A stretch of 42,903 nt of DNA. Origin: Alphaproteobacteria bacterium MarineAlpha5_Bin3. GTDB taxonomy: Bacteria; Pseudomonadota; Alphaproteobacteria; HIMB59; GCA-002718135. Both the position numbers and the translations under genes were made by a program. Shown here in pieces: positions 19,012 to 27,587 of the stretch (positions are counted from its first letter, which is position 1; each line of letters begins with the position of its first letter). The notes under the pieces were generated by a model. That model was not told the origin of the DNA. It saw only the letters and a program-made list of their open reading frames with translations, and searched no databases. Location of the stretch: NCBI GenBank assembly GCA_002938255.1, contig PTLB01000001.1:1-42903 (forward strand), written 5' to 3'.

Positions 19012-19326
19012 ATGCCTGATAAAGCTTGGAAAAAAAGGGAAAGAGATGTTGCCGGTTATTTTAATGGTATACGAACATCGCTTAGTGGAGGGAATAGCAA
19101 AGTTACCAGAGCCGATGTTATACATGACAGTCTTTTTATTGAGTGCAAATTACGTGCAAAACATACTGTTATATCATTATGGGATGATACTGCTAAGTTG
19201 GCTAAATTAGAAGGTAAGACACCAGTGATTGCATTATGTGAAAAAAATCGCCCTGGTTTTTGGATCATGGTTCACAGTAGTGATTTGGATGAACTGAAAA
19301 AAATAAATAAGAATGATGAGGTTTAG
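19012..19326 (+). CDS. Small PD-(D/E)xK nuclease-like protein, Hjc-type Holliday-junction-resolvase-like (putative)
   Basis: The 104-aa ORF is preceded by an AAAGGA Shine-Dalgarno-like sequence. The ordered motifs are E10-R11 (KKRERDV), SLSGGNS, D35 (RADVIHD) and E44-C45-K46 (FIECK, nt 19141-19149), then PVIAL...GFW. By eye this matches the minimal archaeal Hjc-type endonuclease layout (ER...SxGS...D...ExK). It is a family-level guess without a profile search. Confidence 0.45.
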   Translation: MPDKAWKKRERDVAGYFNGIRTSLSGGNSKVTRADVIHDSLFIECKLRAKHTVISLWDDTAKLAKLEGKTPVIALCEKNRPGFWIMVHSSDLDELKKINKNDEV

Positions 19327-19332
19327 TTTTAT

Positions 19333-20052
19333 ATGAAAGAATTATTAATTTCAGGGAATTTGACAGCAGGAGTAATAGACTTTTCTTTATTATCTCTTTT
19401 TTTAAGAGCAGATTTGGTCGTTAAGTCTGTTATAATTATATTAATTATATCCTCAGTTTATTCATGGACTGTAATAATTAGCAAAATTGTTAGAATGAGA
19501 CAATTGAAGCAGCTTGACAGTGAGTTTGATGAAATATTTTGGTCTGGAAATTCCTTTGAAGATTTATACGATACCTTTAATTATAATCAAAAGGACCTAA
19601 AATCAAAAATTTTTTGTTCTGCCATTGCCGAATGGAAAAAGAGCAATAAAGATGTTGGAAGGATGCAAGCATCAGGATTAAATTCTTTAAAAGAAAGAAT
19701 GAGCAGGTCTATGCAAGTAACTTTTAACAAAGAATCAGAAATTATAGAAAAAAATTTAACTTTTTTAGCAACATGTGGATCAACAGCTCCTTTTATAGGT
19801 TTATTTGGTACAGTTTGGGGAATTATGAATAGTTTTCAATCCATATCAATAGCACAGAATACAAGTCTTTCTGTAGTTGCACCTGGAATTGCAGAGGCTC
19901 TTTTTGCAACAGCACTAGGACTCTTCGTGGCAATACCTGCAGTTGTGGCATATAATAAAATTTCGAGTGATTTATCGAAATATTTTGTTTCTTTAGAAAC
20001 TTTCATGGATGAATTCACGACTATATTTTTTCGCCAATTGGAAAGTAAATAA
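19333..20052 (+). CDS. tolQ: Tol-Pal system protein TolQ
   Basis: The MotA/TolQ/ExbB channel motif [22 protein letters not shown] is present, with three TM segments. Confidence 0.93.
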   Translation: MKELLISGNLTAGVIDFSLLSLFLRADLVVKSVIIILIISSVYSWTVIISKIVRMRQLKQLDSEFDEIFWSGNSFEDLYDTFNYNQKDLKSKIFCSAIAEWKKSNKDVGRMQASGLNSLKERMSRSMQVTFNKESEIIEKNLTFLATCGSTAPFIGLFGTVWGIMNSFQSISIAQNTSLSVVAPGIAEALFATALGLFVAIPAVVAYNKISSDLSKYFVSLETFMDEFTTIFFRQLESK

Positions 20053-20104
20053 ATTGTTAAACTCAAATCAACATAATTATAGAAGAAAAAAACGCTATAC
20101 CCAA

Positions 20105-20482
20105 ATGAGCGAAATAAATGTTACGCCATTTGTTGATGTGATGCTCGTTTTATTAATAGTTTTTATGGTTACAGCGCCTCTTTTAACAGTTGGTATACCA
20201 GTTGATTTACCCAAAGCTAAAGCTAATGCATTGACTGATCAAAAAGATCCAATTGAAATTACAGTTAAGTTAGATGGTTCAGTATATTTGGGAGAATCTA
20301 TTGTTGAAGTTGAAAATTTGATACCAAGATTGAATGCTATTGCCGATCAAAATACTGAAGCAAGAATATATGTTAGAGGGGATAGAGTTGTAGCCTATGG
20401 CAGGATCATGGAAATTATGTCCATTATAAATTCTGCAGGATATATTAAAGTTGCATTGGTGACTCAAAATCCAACTGATTAA
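20105..20482 (+). CDS. tolR: Tol-Pal system protein TolR
   Basis: MSEINVTPFVDVMLVLLIVFMVTAP is the ExbD/TolR signature. ATG 20105 was chosen, and an in-frame TTG at 20054 just after the tolQ stop is an alternative. The listed start at 20009 lies inside tolQ and is unlikely. Confidence 0.88.
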   Translation: MSEINVTPFVDVMLVLLIVFMVTAPLLTVGIPVDLPKAKANALTDQKDPIEITVKLDGSVYLGESIVEVENLIPRLNAIADQNTEARIYVRGDRVVAYGRIMEIMSIINSAGYIKVALVTQNPTD

Positions 20483-20487
20483 AAGGT

Positions 20488-21582
20488 GTGAATCAATTAA
20501 CATTAGAAAAAAATAAATTATTTTATTATTTAGAAAATATCAAAAGTGAAAATTTAGGTTTTTCTTTTTCTTTATTATTACATTTGCTTCTTTTACTTTT
20601 TGCGATTGGTTTACCTAATTTTTTTGACCCACAACCAATCAGCATTCCAACAATCATACCCATTGAAATTATTAATATATCAGAAGTAACCTCTATTCCT
20701 AAAAAGATTAATGAAATAAAACCTGCAGAAATTCAGCAAAAAAAAGTTAAAGAAAAAAAATTTAATTCTTCAGACATTCAGGAAATTCAAAAAGTTGATA
20801 TTAAGGAAAAACCAATAATTAAAATTAAAAAAATAGAAAAAAAAGAAACACCTAAACAAGATATTGTTATTAAAGAAAAAAAAGAAATCCCAATAAAACT
20901 AAAAAAAGAAAAATTAAAAATAGACACCAATCAAGTTGAGAGTTTGCCAACAAAAAAAGTTAAACCTAAACTAAAACCTAAACCAAATCTATTAATTGAA
21001 GAAATAAAAAAACAACCAGAAGTTAAAGTAAAAGCAAAACTCAAACCTAATCCAAATCCTGTAATTATAAAACTAGAAAAAAAACCAGATGTTGAAATAA
21101 AGCCAAAACCTAAACCTAAGCAAGATCCAGAATTTATCATAGCCTCAATGCTAAAAGATTTACGTAATGAACGAACAACTCAGAAGATTGAAAATGAAAA
21201 TGAGAAAAAAAAATCAGAAATAATAGAAAATCTAAAAGAAGAGTCTAGTAATGAAAATGCTCAATTAACAATTAATGAGATTGATTTATTGCGTCAGCAA
21301 TTGTCTTCATGTTGGATAGCTCCCGCAGGTTCAGTTATAAAAAAAGGAATGTTCGTAAAAATTAAAGCAAATATTACTCGTGAAAGAAGAGTTTTTGAGA
21401 ATATAGTTCATATTCATGCCACAAATATATCTAAAAATAATCCTTTTTATAAATCAATTACTGAAAGTGCTATGAGAACATTATTACATCCAAATTGCAC
21501 ACCTTTGAAATTGCCAGAAGACAAGTATGCAACTTGGAAAGAATTAACTATAACTTTAGATTATGTTTTGATGGGAGGTTAG
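20488..21582 (+). CDS. tolA: TolA-like protein (N-terminal TM anchor, Lys/Pro-rich spacer, C-terminal TolA/TonB-like domain)
   Basis: It lies between tolR and tolB. It has a TM segment (LGFSFSLLLHLLLLLFAIGL), an extended KPKPK/KEKK spacer and a C-terminal LRQQLSSCW..P domain. The start is GTG. Confidence 0.8.
   Translation: MNQLTLEKNKLFYYLENIKSENLGFSFSLLLHLLLLLFAIGLPNFFDPQPISIPTIIPIEIINISEVTSIPKKINEIKPAEIQQKKVKEKKFNSSDIQEIQKVDIKEKPIIKIKKIEKKETPKQDIVIKEKKEIPIKLKKEKLKIDTNQVESLPTKKVKPKLKPKPNLLIEEIKKQPEVKVKAKLKPNPNPVIIKLEKKPDVEIKPKPKPKQDPEFIIASMLKDLRNERTTQKIENENEKKKSEIIENLKEESSNENAQLTINEIDLLRQQLSSCWIAPAGSVIKKGMFVKIKANITRERRVFENIVHIHATNISKNNPFYKSITESAMRTLLHPNCTPLKLPEDKYATWKELTITLDYVLMGG
20955..21130 (+). 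repeat. Three degenerate ~69-nt (about 23-aa) Lys/Pro-rich units inside tolA
   Basis: The units are KVKPKLKPKPNLLIEEIKKQPEV / KVKAKLKPNPNPVIIKLEKKPDV / EIKPKPKPKQDPEF. The antisense ORF 20931..21140 is a by-product of this low-complexity stretch. Confidence 0.7.
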
Positions 21583-21593
21583 TTGGTATTTTA

Positions 21594-22910
21594 ATGAAGC
21601 AATTTATATTTTTTTTCTTTTTACTCCTTATTGGTTTTAAAGCTTTGTCTTTAGAAGTAACTTTAACTCAAGGTTCAATAAAACCTACACCCATAGCAGT
21701 AACTGATTTTTTTTCTAATGAGAAAAATATTGTTAAAGTTGGAAAAAATATTTCTATGGTTATTTCAGATAATCTTGAAAGATCAGGACTTTTTCTTCCA
21801 CTTGATAATAAAGCCTTTATCCAAGATACTGAATCTCTAGCTAAACAACCACGTTTTGAAGATTGGAAAGTTATTAAAGCGCAGCATTTAATAGCGGGAA
21901 AAATTTTTAAAAAAGAAAATAAAATATCTGTTGAATTTAGATTGTACGATGTTTTTTCTCAAAAGCAGTTGATAGGAAAAAAATATGAAACTTCAGAAAA
22001 AAATTGGAGAAGGGTAGCCCATATAATTTCCGATGCTATTTTTGAAAGAATTACTGGTGAAGGAGGCTATTTTGATACACGTATTGTTTATGTTGCTGAA
22101 ACAGGGTCTAAAGTAAATAAACAAAAAAGACTTGCCATTATGGATCAGGATCAGGCAAACCATCGATTTTTAACAGATGGCTCATACTTAGTTTTAACCC
22201 CTCGCTTTTCTCCAAACTCACAAAAAATTACATATATGTCTTATGTAAATAGAAAAAAACCCCGCGTATTTATTTTCGATATCGAGACTGGTCAACAAGA
22301 AATTGTAGGAGAGTTTCCTGGCATGACATTTGCTCCACGTTTCTCCCCAGATGGGAATAAAATTGTTTTGTCGTATTCTGATCCAGAAGTTGGAAATTCA
22401 GAAATTTATATTTTGGATTTGGCAACAAGAGTTTCGAGACGTATAACTAACAGTTCAGCAATAGATGTGTCTGCTAGTTTTGCCCCAGATGGCAAACAGA
22501 TAGTTTTTAATTCTGATCGTAGTGGTCGAAGACATTTATATATTGCAAGTTTAGACGGAAAAAATGTGAAAAGAATTAGCAGGGAATCAGGTAGTTATTA
22601 TACACCTGTGTGGTCACCAAGAGGAGACATGATAGCTTTTACTAAACAACAGGGAGGACAATTTTATATAGGAGTAATGGAAACGAACGGCTTAAATGAA
22701 AGGATGATTGCAAAATCTTTCCATGTAGAAGGCCCAACATGGTCTCCTAATGGTAGATATCTAATGTATTTTAAGGAAGAAAGAACAGCTGAGGATGGCA
22801 GCGGTGGGGAATCCAGTTTGTATTCAATTGATTTAACCGGCTATAATGAACGCAAAATAATTACTCCGCTTGGGGGATCTGATCCTGCATGGTCACCTTT
22901 AATGCATTAG
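21594..22910 (+). CDS. tolB: Tol-Pal system beta-propeller protein TolB
   Basis: The signal peptide is MKQFIFFFFLLLIGFKALS. Repeated PRFSPDG/ FAPDG/ WSPRG/ WSPNG propeller motifs are present. The start was moved to ATG 21594, because the listed 21495 start overlaps tolA and lacks a signal peptide. Confidence 0.93.
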   Translation: MKQFIFFFFLLLIGFKALSLEVTLTQGSIKPTPIAVTDFFSNEKNIVKVGKNISMVISDNLERSGLFLPLDNKAFIQDTESLAKQPRFEDWKVIKAQHLIAGKIFKKENKISVEFRLYDVFSQKQLIGKKYETSEKNWRRVAHIISDAIFERITGEGGYFDTRIVYVAETGSKVNKQKRLAIMDQDQANHRFLTDGSYLVLTPRFSPNSQKITYMSYVNRKKPRVFIFDIETGQQEIVGEFPGMTFAPRFSPDGNKIVLSYSDPEVGNSEIYILDLATRVSRRITNSSAIDVSASFAPDGKQIVFNSDRSGRRHLYIASLDGKNVKRISRESGSYYTPVWSPRGDMIAFTKQQGGQFYIGVMETNGLNERMIAKSFHVEGPTWSPNGRYLMYFKEERTAEDGSGGESSLYSIDLTGYNERKIITPLGGSDPAWSPLMH

Positions 22911-23032
22911 TTTTTTATATTTTATTATATTTTTTTTATATATTTACTAAATAATTATGCGAAATAAGGAAAAAGATGCTAACAGTTCTAATTAATTAAT
23001 GTAGAAGACCAGCTATTATAGGGAGTTAAGAA

Positions 23033-23596
23033 ATGTTTTATAAGATTTTATTATCAGTTTTTATGGTGGCGTTTATAGCCGCTTGTTCTACTACGCCTAA
23101 AGGCACAGCTGATTCATCAGGAAGTGGATCATCTGGAACATCTAGCATAGACCCTTCATCAGGAGACGCTGCTATATTGGATGACCTAATTAATACACCT
23201 CTAGGTGGACCATCAAGCGCATCTGCTTCAGCTTCAATTAAACCAGGTTCTCAAGAAGATTTAATTGTAAATGTTGGTGATAGAGTGTTTTTTGCATATG
23301 ATAGTGCTGAGTTAGATGCGGACGCTCAGGAATTACTTCTATATCAAGCAACTTGGTTCAAGGAACACGATATACAATCAATAACAATTGAAGGACACTG
23401 TGATGAAAGAGGAACAAGAGAGTACAACTTGGCTCTAGGTGAAAAAAGAGCGCAAGCAGTTAAAAATTATTTAAATGGTTTGGCAGTATTTCCTGTCATA
23501 AATACTTTAAGTTATGGTAAAGAAAGACCTGCTGTAGTTGGCTCAAATGAAGGTGCATGGAGTCAAAATAGACGTTCAGTAACTAAAGTTAACTAA
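23033..23596 (+). CDS. pal: Peptidoglycan-associated lipoprotein Pal (OmpA-like domain)
   Basis: The lipobox is FIAAC. A Ser/Gly/Ala-rich linker follows, then the OmpA-like domain (F.YDSAEL...A...L..QA.W....I.IEGHCDERGTREYNLALGEKRA..V..YL; NRRSV). GGGAG sits upstream of the ATG. Confidence 0.93.
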   Translation: MFYKILLSVFMVAFIAACSTTPKGTADSSGSGSSGTSSIDPSSGDAAILDDLINTPLGGPSSASASASIKPGSQEDLIVNVGDRVFFAYDSAELDADAQELLLYQATWFKEHDIQSITIEGHCDERGTREYNLALGEKRAQAVKNYLNGLAVFPVINTLSYGKERPAVVGSNEGAWSQNRRSVTKVN

Positions 23597-23619
23597 TATA
23601 AATTCCTTAAACTTATTCA

Positions 23620-23655
23620 GGCGCTGACTTATTTCAAGTTAGCGCCATATTTTTG
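23620..23655 (+). terminator. Rho-independent terminator downstream of pal
   Basis: GGCGCTGACTT (23620-23630), loop ATTTC, AAGTTAGCGCC (23636-23646) forms an 11-bp stem with one G-U pair and a GC-rich base. It is followed by ATATTTTTG. It is the only GC-containing stem plus T-tract I found in an intergenic region. Confidence 0.7.
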
Positions 23656-23681
23656 TCCTAAAATTAATATAAGCGAATAAC

Positions 23682-24602
23682 GTGTTTAGATATTTTGTTT
23701 TTATTTTAATTTTGCTTTTTGTAGGTCCATCATACTCAGAAGATTCTTTTTTAACTTTAAAACAACAATTGGATAGGTTGCAAAGGGAAGTTAGCGATTT
23801 ATCCAAATCGGTTTTTGCAGGTTCTCGAGATGCCCAAAGTGAACAAAAAAAACAATCAGAAACATCTCCTAATCTAACTGCTCTAACTGCGTTTGATTTA
23901 AGAATTTATGATTTAGAAAAAGATATTAAAAGATTGAATAAAGATTTTGAAGAGTTAATTTTTCAAATTGATGATTTGAAGATTCTAATGGATGAATTAA
24001 CTTTAAGTTTGGATACAAAATTTACAAACAATCAAGAAATATCTGAATTAGATCATACAACAACTCAAATAGAGATAAATAAAGAAGAAAGTAATTTAAT
24101 AGTGAATGAAAATAGTTTAGGCGATCTTGTGACAAGTTCAGAAAATCTTTCTGATGAAAATGATGGATTAGTTTTAAAAAGCGATGATAAATCGAATATA
24201 AACATTAAGCAAAGCCCTGAAGATGAATTTCAGCAAGCCATTGGTTTAATAATGTCACAAGAATATGATGATGCAATAATTTCCTTAAAAAAATTTATTG
24301 ATAATAATAAAGAAAGAAATCTTGCGGGTTCTGCTCATTATTGGTTAGGGGAAATTTATATATTTAGAAAGGAGTATCGTGAAGCTGCAATAGTTTTGTT
24401 AGAAGGATATCAAAAATATCCCAATAGTGTAAAAGCACCAGACATGTTGTATCAACTTTCAGAATCTTTGATTAATATTGAAAAAAATACAGAAGCTTGC
24501 AATATGCTTAAAACATTATCAACTGAATATCCAGAATATAAACTACTAGATAAATCCCAAGTTAGAATTTCAGAATTAGGATGCATCATTGCTGTAGAGT
24601 GA
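23682..24602 (+). CDS. cpoB: Tol-Pal system protein CpoB/YbgF (coiled coil + TPR)
   Basis: It has a signal peptide, an N-terminal coiled coil (LKQQLDRLQREVSDL) and a C-terminal TPR region (YDDAI..L..F+....E..LAGSAHYWLGEIY......EA). It sits after pal. The start is GTG. Confidence 0.85.
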   Translation: MFRYFVFILILLFVGPSYSEDSFLTLKQQLDRLQREVSDLSKSVFAGSRDAQSEQKKQSETSPNLTALTAFDLRIYDLEKDIKRLNKDFEELIFQIDDLKILMDELTLSLDTKFTNNQEISELDHTTTQIEINKEESNLIVNENSLGDLVTSSENLSDENDGLVLKSDDKSNINIKQSPEDEFQQAIGLIMSQEYDDAIISLKKFIDNNKERNLAGSAHYWLGEIYIFRKEYREAAIVLLEGYQKYPNSVKAPDMLYQLSESLINIEKNTEACNMLKTLSTEYPEYKLLDKSQVRISELGCIIAVE

Positions 24603-25558
24603 AAATTACACAATCTTGTTTTAATCTAATTTTAAAAAATTATTATTTATTTGAAAAGAAACCAAAGATTGCTGTAGCTGTATCAGGAGGACCAGATAGC
24701 ATGGCACTTTTATTTTTGTTAAATGTATGGATTAAAAAAAATAAGGGATCATTAGTTGCATTAATAGTCGATCATAAGATCCGAAAAGACTCAGGCAAGG
24801 AAGCTAAAACGGTATGCGATTACCTGAAGAAACATAAAATTAGAAGCAAAATAATAAATATTAGTAAAAAAAATGTTTTAAAAAAGACAATGAGTGAGGC
24901 GAGGCAAAATCGTTTTTTGCAAATGGTTAGATATTGCAAAAAATATAAATTTCTACACCTATTTTTTGGACATCATAACAATGATAATATTGAAACATTT
25001 TTACTTAGAAAAATTGCAGGAAGTAATTTTGAAGGTTTGAGATCTATGCAACATAAAACAATTATAAATGGTATTCAAATTTTGAGACCTTTATTAACAT
25101 TTAATAAATTGGCAATAATAAGATTTAATAAATCTAATAATATTGAATATATTGAAGATCCTAGTAATGATAATCTAGACTATAGTAGAGTTACTGTAAG
25201 AAAATTTTTACTACAAGAATCAACCCATATTAACAATATTGAAAAAGATTTTAATTTAATTCAAAAATACTATCCATTTTATAAACAGAAATTGTTTCAA
25301 AATTTTCATAAAATAAATACTCATACATTTAATGATGAGATAGTTGTTAATTATAAAAAATTTGCAATGATAGAAAAAGAAATTAAAATTAAAATTATAG
25401 AAATAATATATAAATTTTTGATGCCAAGAAGAAATATCTTAAGATATGCTAAGGTTATTAAGGCGCTTGATTTGATTGAGAAAAAAAGTTCTATTACTAC
25501 TAATCTTGCAGGAATGCATATTAATAAAGGTAATGTTTTCATTAGTTTTATGCTATAA
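24581..25558 (+). CDS. tilS: tRNA(Ile)-lysidine synthase (short form)
   Basis: The PP-loop is IAVAVSGGPDSMALL, followed by HHNNDNIETFLLR. The 325-aa length suggests it lacks the long C-terminal domain of E. coli TilS. The start is uncertain (ATG 24581 or GTG 24599). Confidence 0.85.
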   Translation: MHHCCRVKITQSCFNLILKNYYLFEKKPKIAVAVSGGPDSMALLFLLNVWIKKNKGSLVALIVDHKIRKDSGKEAKTVCDYLKKHKIRSKIINISKKNVLKKTMSEARQNRFLQMVRYCKKYKFLHLFFGHHNNDNIETFLLRKIAGSNFEGLRSMQHKTIINGIQILRPLLTFNKLAIIRFNKSNNIEYIEDPSNDNLDYSRVTVRKFLLQESTHINNIEKDFNLIQKYYPFYKQKLFQNFHKINTHTFNDEIVVNYKKFAMIEKEIKIKIIEIIYKFLMPRRNILRYAKVIKALDLIEKKSSITTNLAGMHINKGNVFISFML

Positions 25559-25580
25559 AACATCAAAAATTATATTTCCT

Positions 25581-25608
25581 ATTGTGTTTTTACAATTAAT
25601 TCCTATTT
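25581..25608 (+). promoter_or_regulatory. Candidate sigma-32 (RpoH)-type promoter upstream of ftsH
   Basis: ATTG (25581-25584) - N17 - CCTATTT (25602-25608) resembles the alphaproteobacterial sigma-32 consensus CTTG-N17-CCTATNT with one -35 mismatch. It ends 18 nt before the ftsH ATG. In so AT-rich a sequence this could be chance. Confidence 0.25.
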
Positions 25609-25626
25609 ATATTAAACTAATAAATA

Positions 25627-27540
25627 ATGAAAAATATTACTAAAAACATCGTCTTATGGATTATTGTTGGGTTGCTATTAGTTGCCTTATTTAATCTTTT
25701 TCAGGGCACTACTTCTAACAAATCTTATACTAAAATTTCTTTCTCTGATTTTATTATAGCTACAGATACAGGCAATGTTTCAGAAGTAAATATCAGAGGT
25801 AATATAATAGAAGGTTATTTTGAGGATGGAAGGCCATTTTCAACATACTCTCCAAATTATCCTAATTTAGTAGATAAGTTAAGTTCAGCTGGAGTAAAAA
25901 TTACTGCCGAACCTGCTGGTAAATCTATGCATCCTATATTGAGTGTATTACTTTCTTGGTTTCCCATGCTTTTATTAATTGGTGTGTGGATTTTTTTTAT
26001 GCGTCAAATGCAAGGTGGTGGGGGAAAAGCAATGGGGTTTGGAAAATCAAAAGCCAAATTACTAAATGAAGCTGTTGACAAGGTTACATTTGATGATGTT
26101 GCTGGCATTGATGAAGCTAAACAAGAACTTGAAGAAGTTGTAGAGTTTTTAAAAGATCAAAAAAAGTTTTCACGTTTGGGTGGGAAAATACCAAAAGGAG
26201 CTTTATTAATAGGCCCTCCAGGAACGGGCAAGACATTGCTTGCTCGAGCAATTGCAGGAGAAGCAAGTGTTCCTTTCTTTTCTATATCTGGCTCTGATTT
26301 TGTTGAAATGTTTGTTGGAGTAGGAGCTAGTCGTGTGAGAGACATGTTTGAACAAGGTAAAAAAAATGCACCTTGTATTATTTTTATTGATGAAATAGAC
26401 GCAGTTGGAAGACATAGAGGTGCTGGATTAGGAGGAGGAAATGATGAAAGAGAACAAACACTCAATCAATTATTAGTTGAGATGGATGGATTTGAAACAA
26501 ATGCCGGGGTAATCATTGTAGCAGCAACAAATAGACCAGATGTTTTAGATCCAGCACTGTTAAGACCAGGACGATTTGATCGACAGGTTCATGTTCCCCT
26601 TCCTGATATTATAGGTCGAGAAAAAATTCTAAAAGTACATATGAAACAAATTAAGGCATCAAAAAAAATAGAAGCAAGGGTTATAGCAAGGGGTACCCCT
26701 GGTTTTTCAGGAGCAGATCTAGCAAATTTAGTTAATGAGGCAGCTCTTTTAGCTGCTCGTAAAAATATGAAATTAGTAACTGCTAAAGAATTTGAAGATG
26801 CAAAAGACAAAGTTTGGATGGGGGCAGAAAGAAGATCTAAGGTTGTAACAAAAGAAGATCTAGAGTTAACAGCATATCATGAAGCAGGACATGCAATTGC
26901 TGGACTTTACTCTCCTTTTAAAGATCCAATGCATAAAGTCACAATAATTCCAAGAGGTAGTGCTGGCGGTTCAACGTGGTTTTTGCCTGAACATGACAAA
27001 GACTTTGGTAGATTGAATGAATACAAAGATGATCTAGTGGTAACTTTAGGTGGGAGAATTGCTGAAGAACTAATTTTTGGTAAAGATAAAATATCAAGTG
27101 GTGCAGCTAGTGATATTCAACAAATAACACGAAGGGCTAGAGAAATGGTTACACGGTTTGGTATGAGCGAAGAAATAGGTACGATATCTTATGAAAGTAA
27201 TAACGAGGAAGTTTTCCTCGGTCATTCAGTTACACAATCAAAAAATTTATCTGAGGAAACGGCAAATCTTATTGATAAGGAAGTTAAAAAATTGGTTGAT
27301 GAAGCTACGATTAAATGTAGAAAAATTTTAACTGAACACCTAGATGAACTTCATATTGTAGCTAAAAGCTTGAAAGAATATGAGACATTAACATTAGATG
27401 AAATGAAAGATTTGATAAAAGGGATACCTCCCACAAGAGATGATTTTAATGATGAAGCGGAAAAGCAGCCTTCTGTTACGCCTTCTGTTCCTAAAACTAG
27501 TTCTAAAACTAGTTCTAAGGCTAGTCCACAAACTTCCTAA
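25627..27540 (+). CDS. ftsH: ATP-dependent zinc metalloprotease FtsH
   Basis: Walker [18 protein letters not shown], the SRH region, and the zinc site HEAGHA are present in a 637-aa protein. Confidence 0.97.
   Translation: MKNITKNIVLWIIVGLLLVALFNLFQGTTSNKSYTKISFSDFIIATDTGNVSEVNIRGNIIEGYFEDGRPFSTYSPNYPNLVDKLSSAGVKITAEPAGKSMHPILSVLLSWFPMLLLIGVWIFFMRQMQGGGGKAMGFGKSKAKLLNEAVDKVTFDDVAGIDEAKQELEEVVEFLKDQKKFSRLGGKIPKGALLIGPPGTGKTLLARAIAGEASVPFFSISGSDFVEMFVGVGASRVRDMFEQGKKNAPCIIFIDEIDAVGRHRGAGLGGGNDEREQTLNQLLVEMDGFETNAGVIIVAATNRPDVLDPALLRPGRFDRQVHVPLPDIIGREKILKVHMKQIKASKKIEARVIARGTPGFSGADLANLVNEAALLAARKNMKLVTAKEFEDAKDKVWMGAERRSKVVTKEDLELTAYHEAGHAIAGLYSPFKDPMHKVTIIPRGSAGGSTWFLPEHDKDFGRLNEYKDDLVVTLGGRIAEELIFGKDKISSGAASDIQQITRRAREMVTRFGMSEEIGTISYESNNEEVFLGHSVTQSKNLSEETANLIDKEVKKLVDEATIKCRKILTEHLDELHIVAKSLKEYETLTLDEMKDLIKGIPPTRDDFNDEAEKQPSVTPSVPKTSSKTSSKASPQTS
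27469..27528 (+). repeat. Five tandem 12-nt units encoding tetrapeptide repeats in the FtsH C-terminal tail
   Basis: The units are CCTTCTGTTACG / CCTTCTGTTCCT / AAAACTAGTTCT / AAAACTAGTTCT / AAGGCTAGTCCA. They encode [20 protein letters not shown]. Confidence 0.8.
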
Positions 27541-27587
27541 TTATTAAAAACACTTTCTATTTATTTAATTTTTAAATAGAAGTGGAT

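Noticed and set aside
21495-21593. N-terminal extensions suggested by the ORF track for tolB (21495) and tolR (20009).
   Set aside because: The extensions overlap the preceding genes (tolA, tolQ) by 50-90 nt and precede obvious native N-termini: the signal peptide MKQFIFFFF... for TolB and MSEINVTPFVD for TolR. Downstream ATGs at 21594 and 20105 fit better.
22957-22995. A 12-codon mini-ORF (MRNKEKDANSSN) in the 122-nt tolB-pal spacer, considered as a leader peptide.
   Set aside because: It is too short, has no ribosome-binding site or attenuator structure, and has no supporting pattern.
23100-23260. The Ser/Gly/Ala-rich segment of Pal (SSGSGSSGTSS...SSASASAS), considered as a special repeat or contingency locus.
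   Set aside because: It is an ordinary low-complexity lipoprotein tether. At the DNA level the codons are varied and there is no exact tandem repeat.
27557-27579. AT-only hairpins in spacers. They are CTATTTA-N9-TAAATAG after ftsH, CTTTTC-TAT-GAAAAG at 10223-10237 between rpmG and the DUF1013 gene, and AAATTAAA-N5-TTTAATTT at about 617-637.
   Set aside because: The stems are 6-8 bp of almost exclusively A-T pairs without proper T-tracts. Such structures are expected by chance at this base composition, so they are not reported as terminators.
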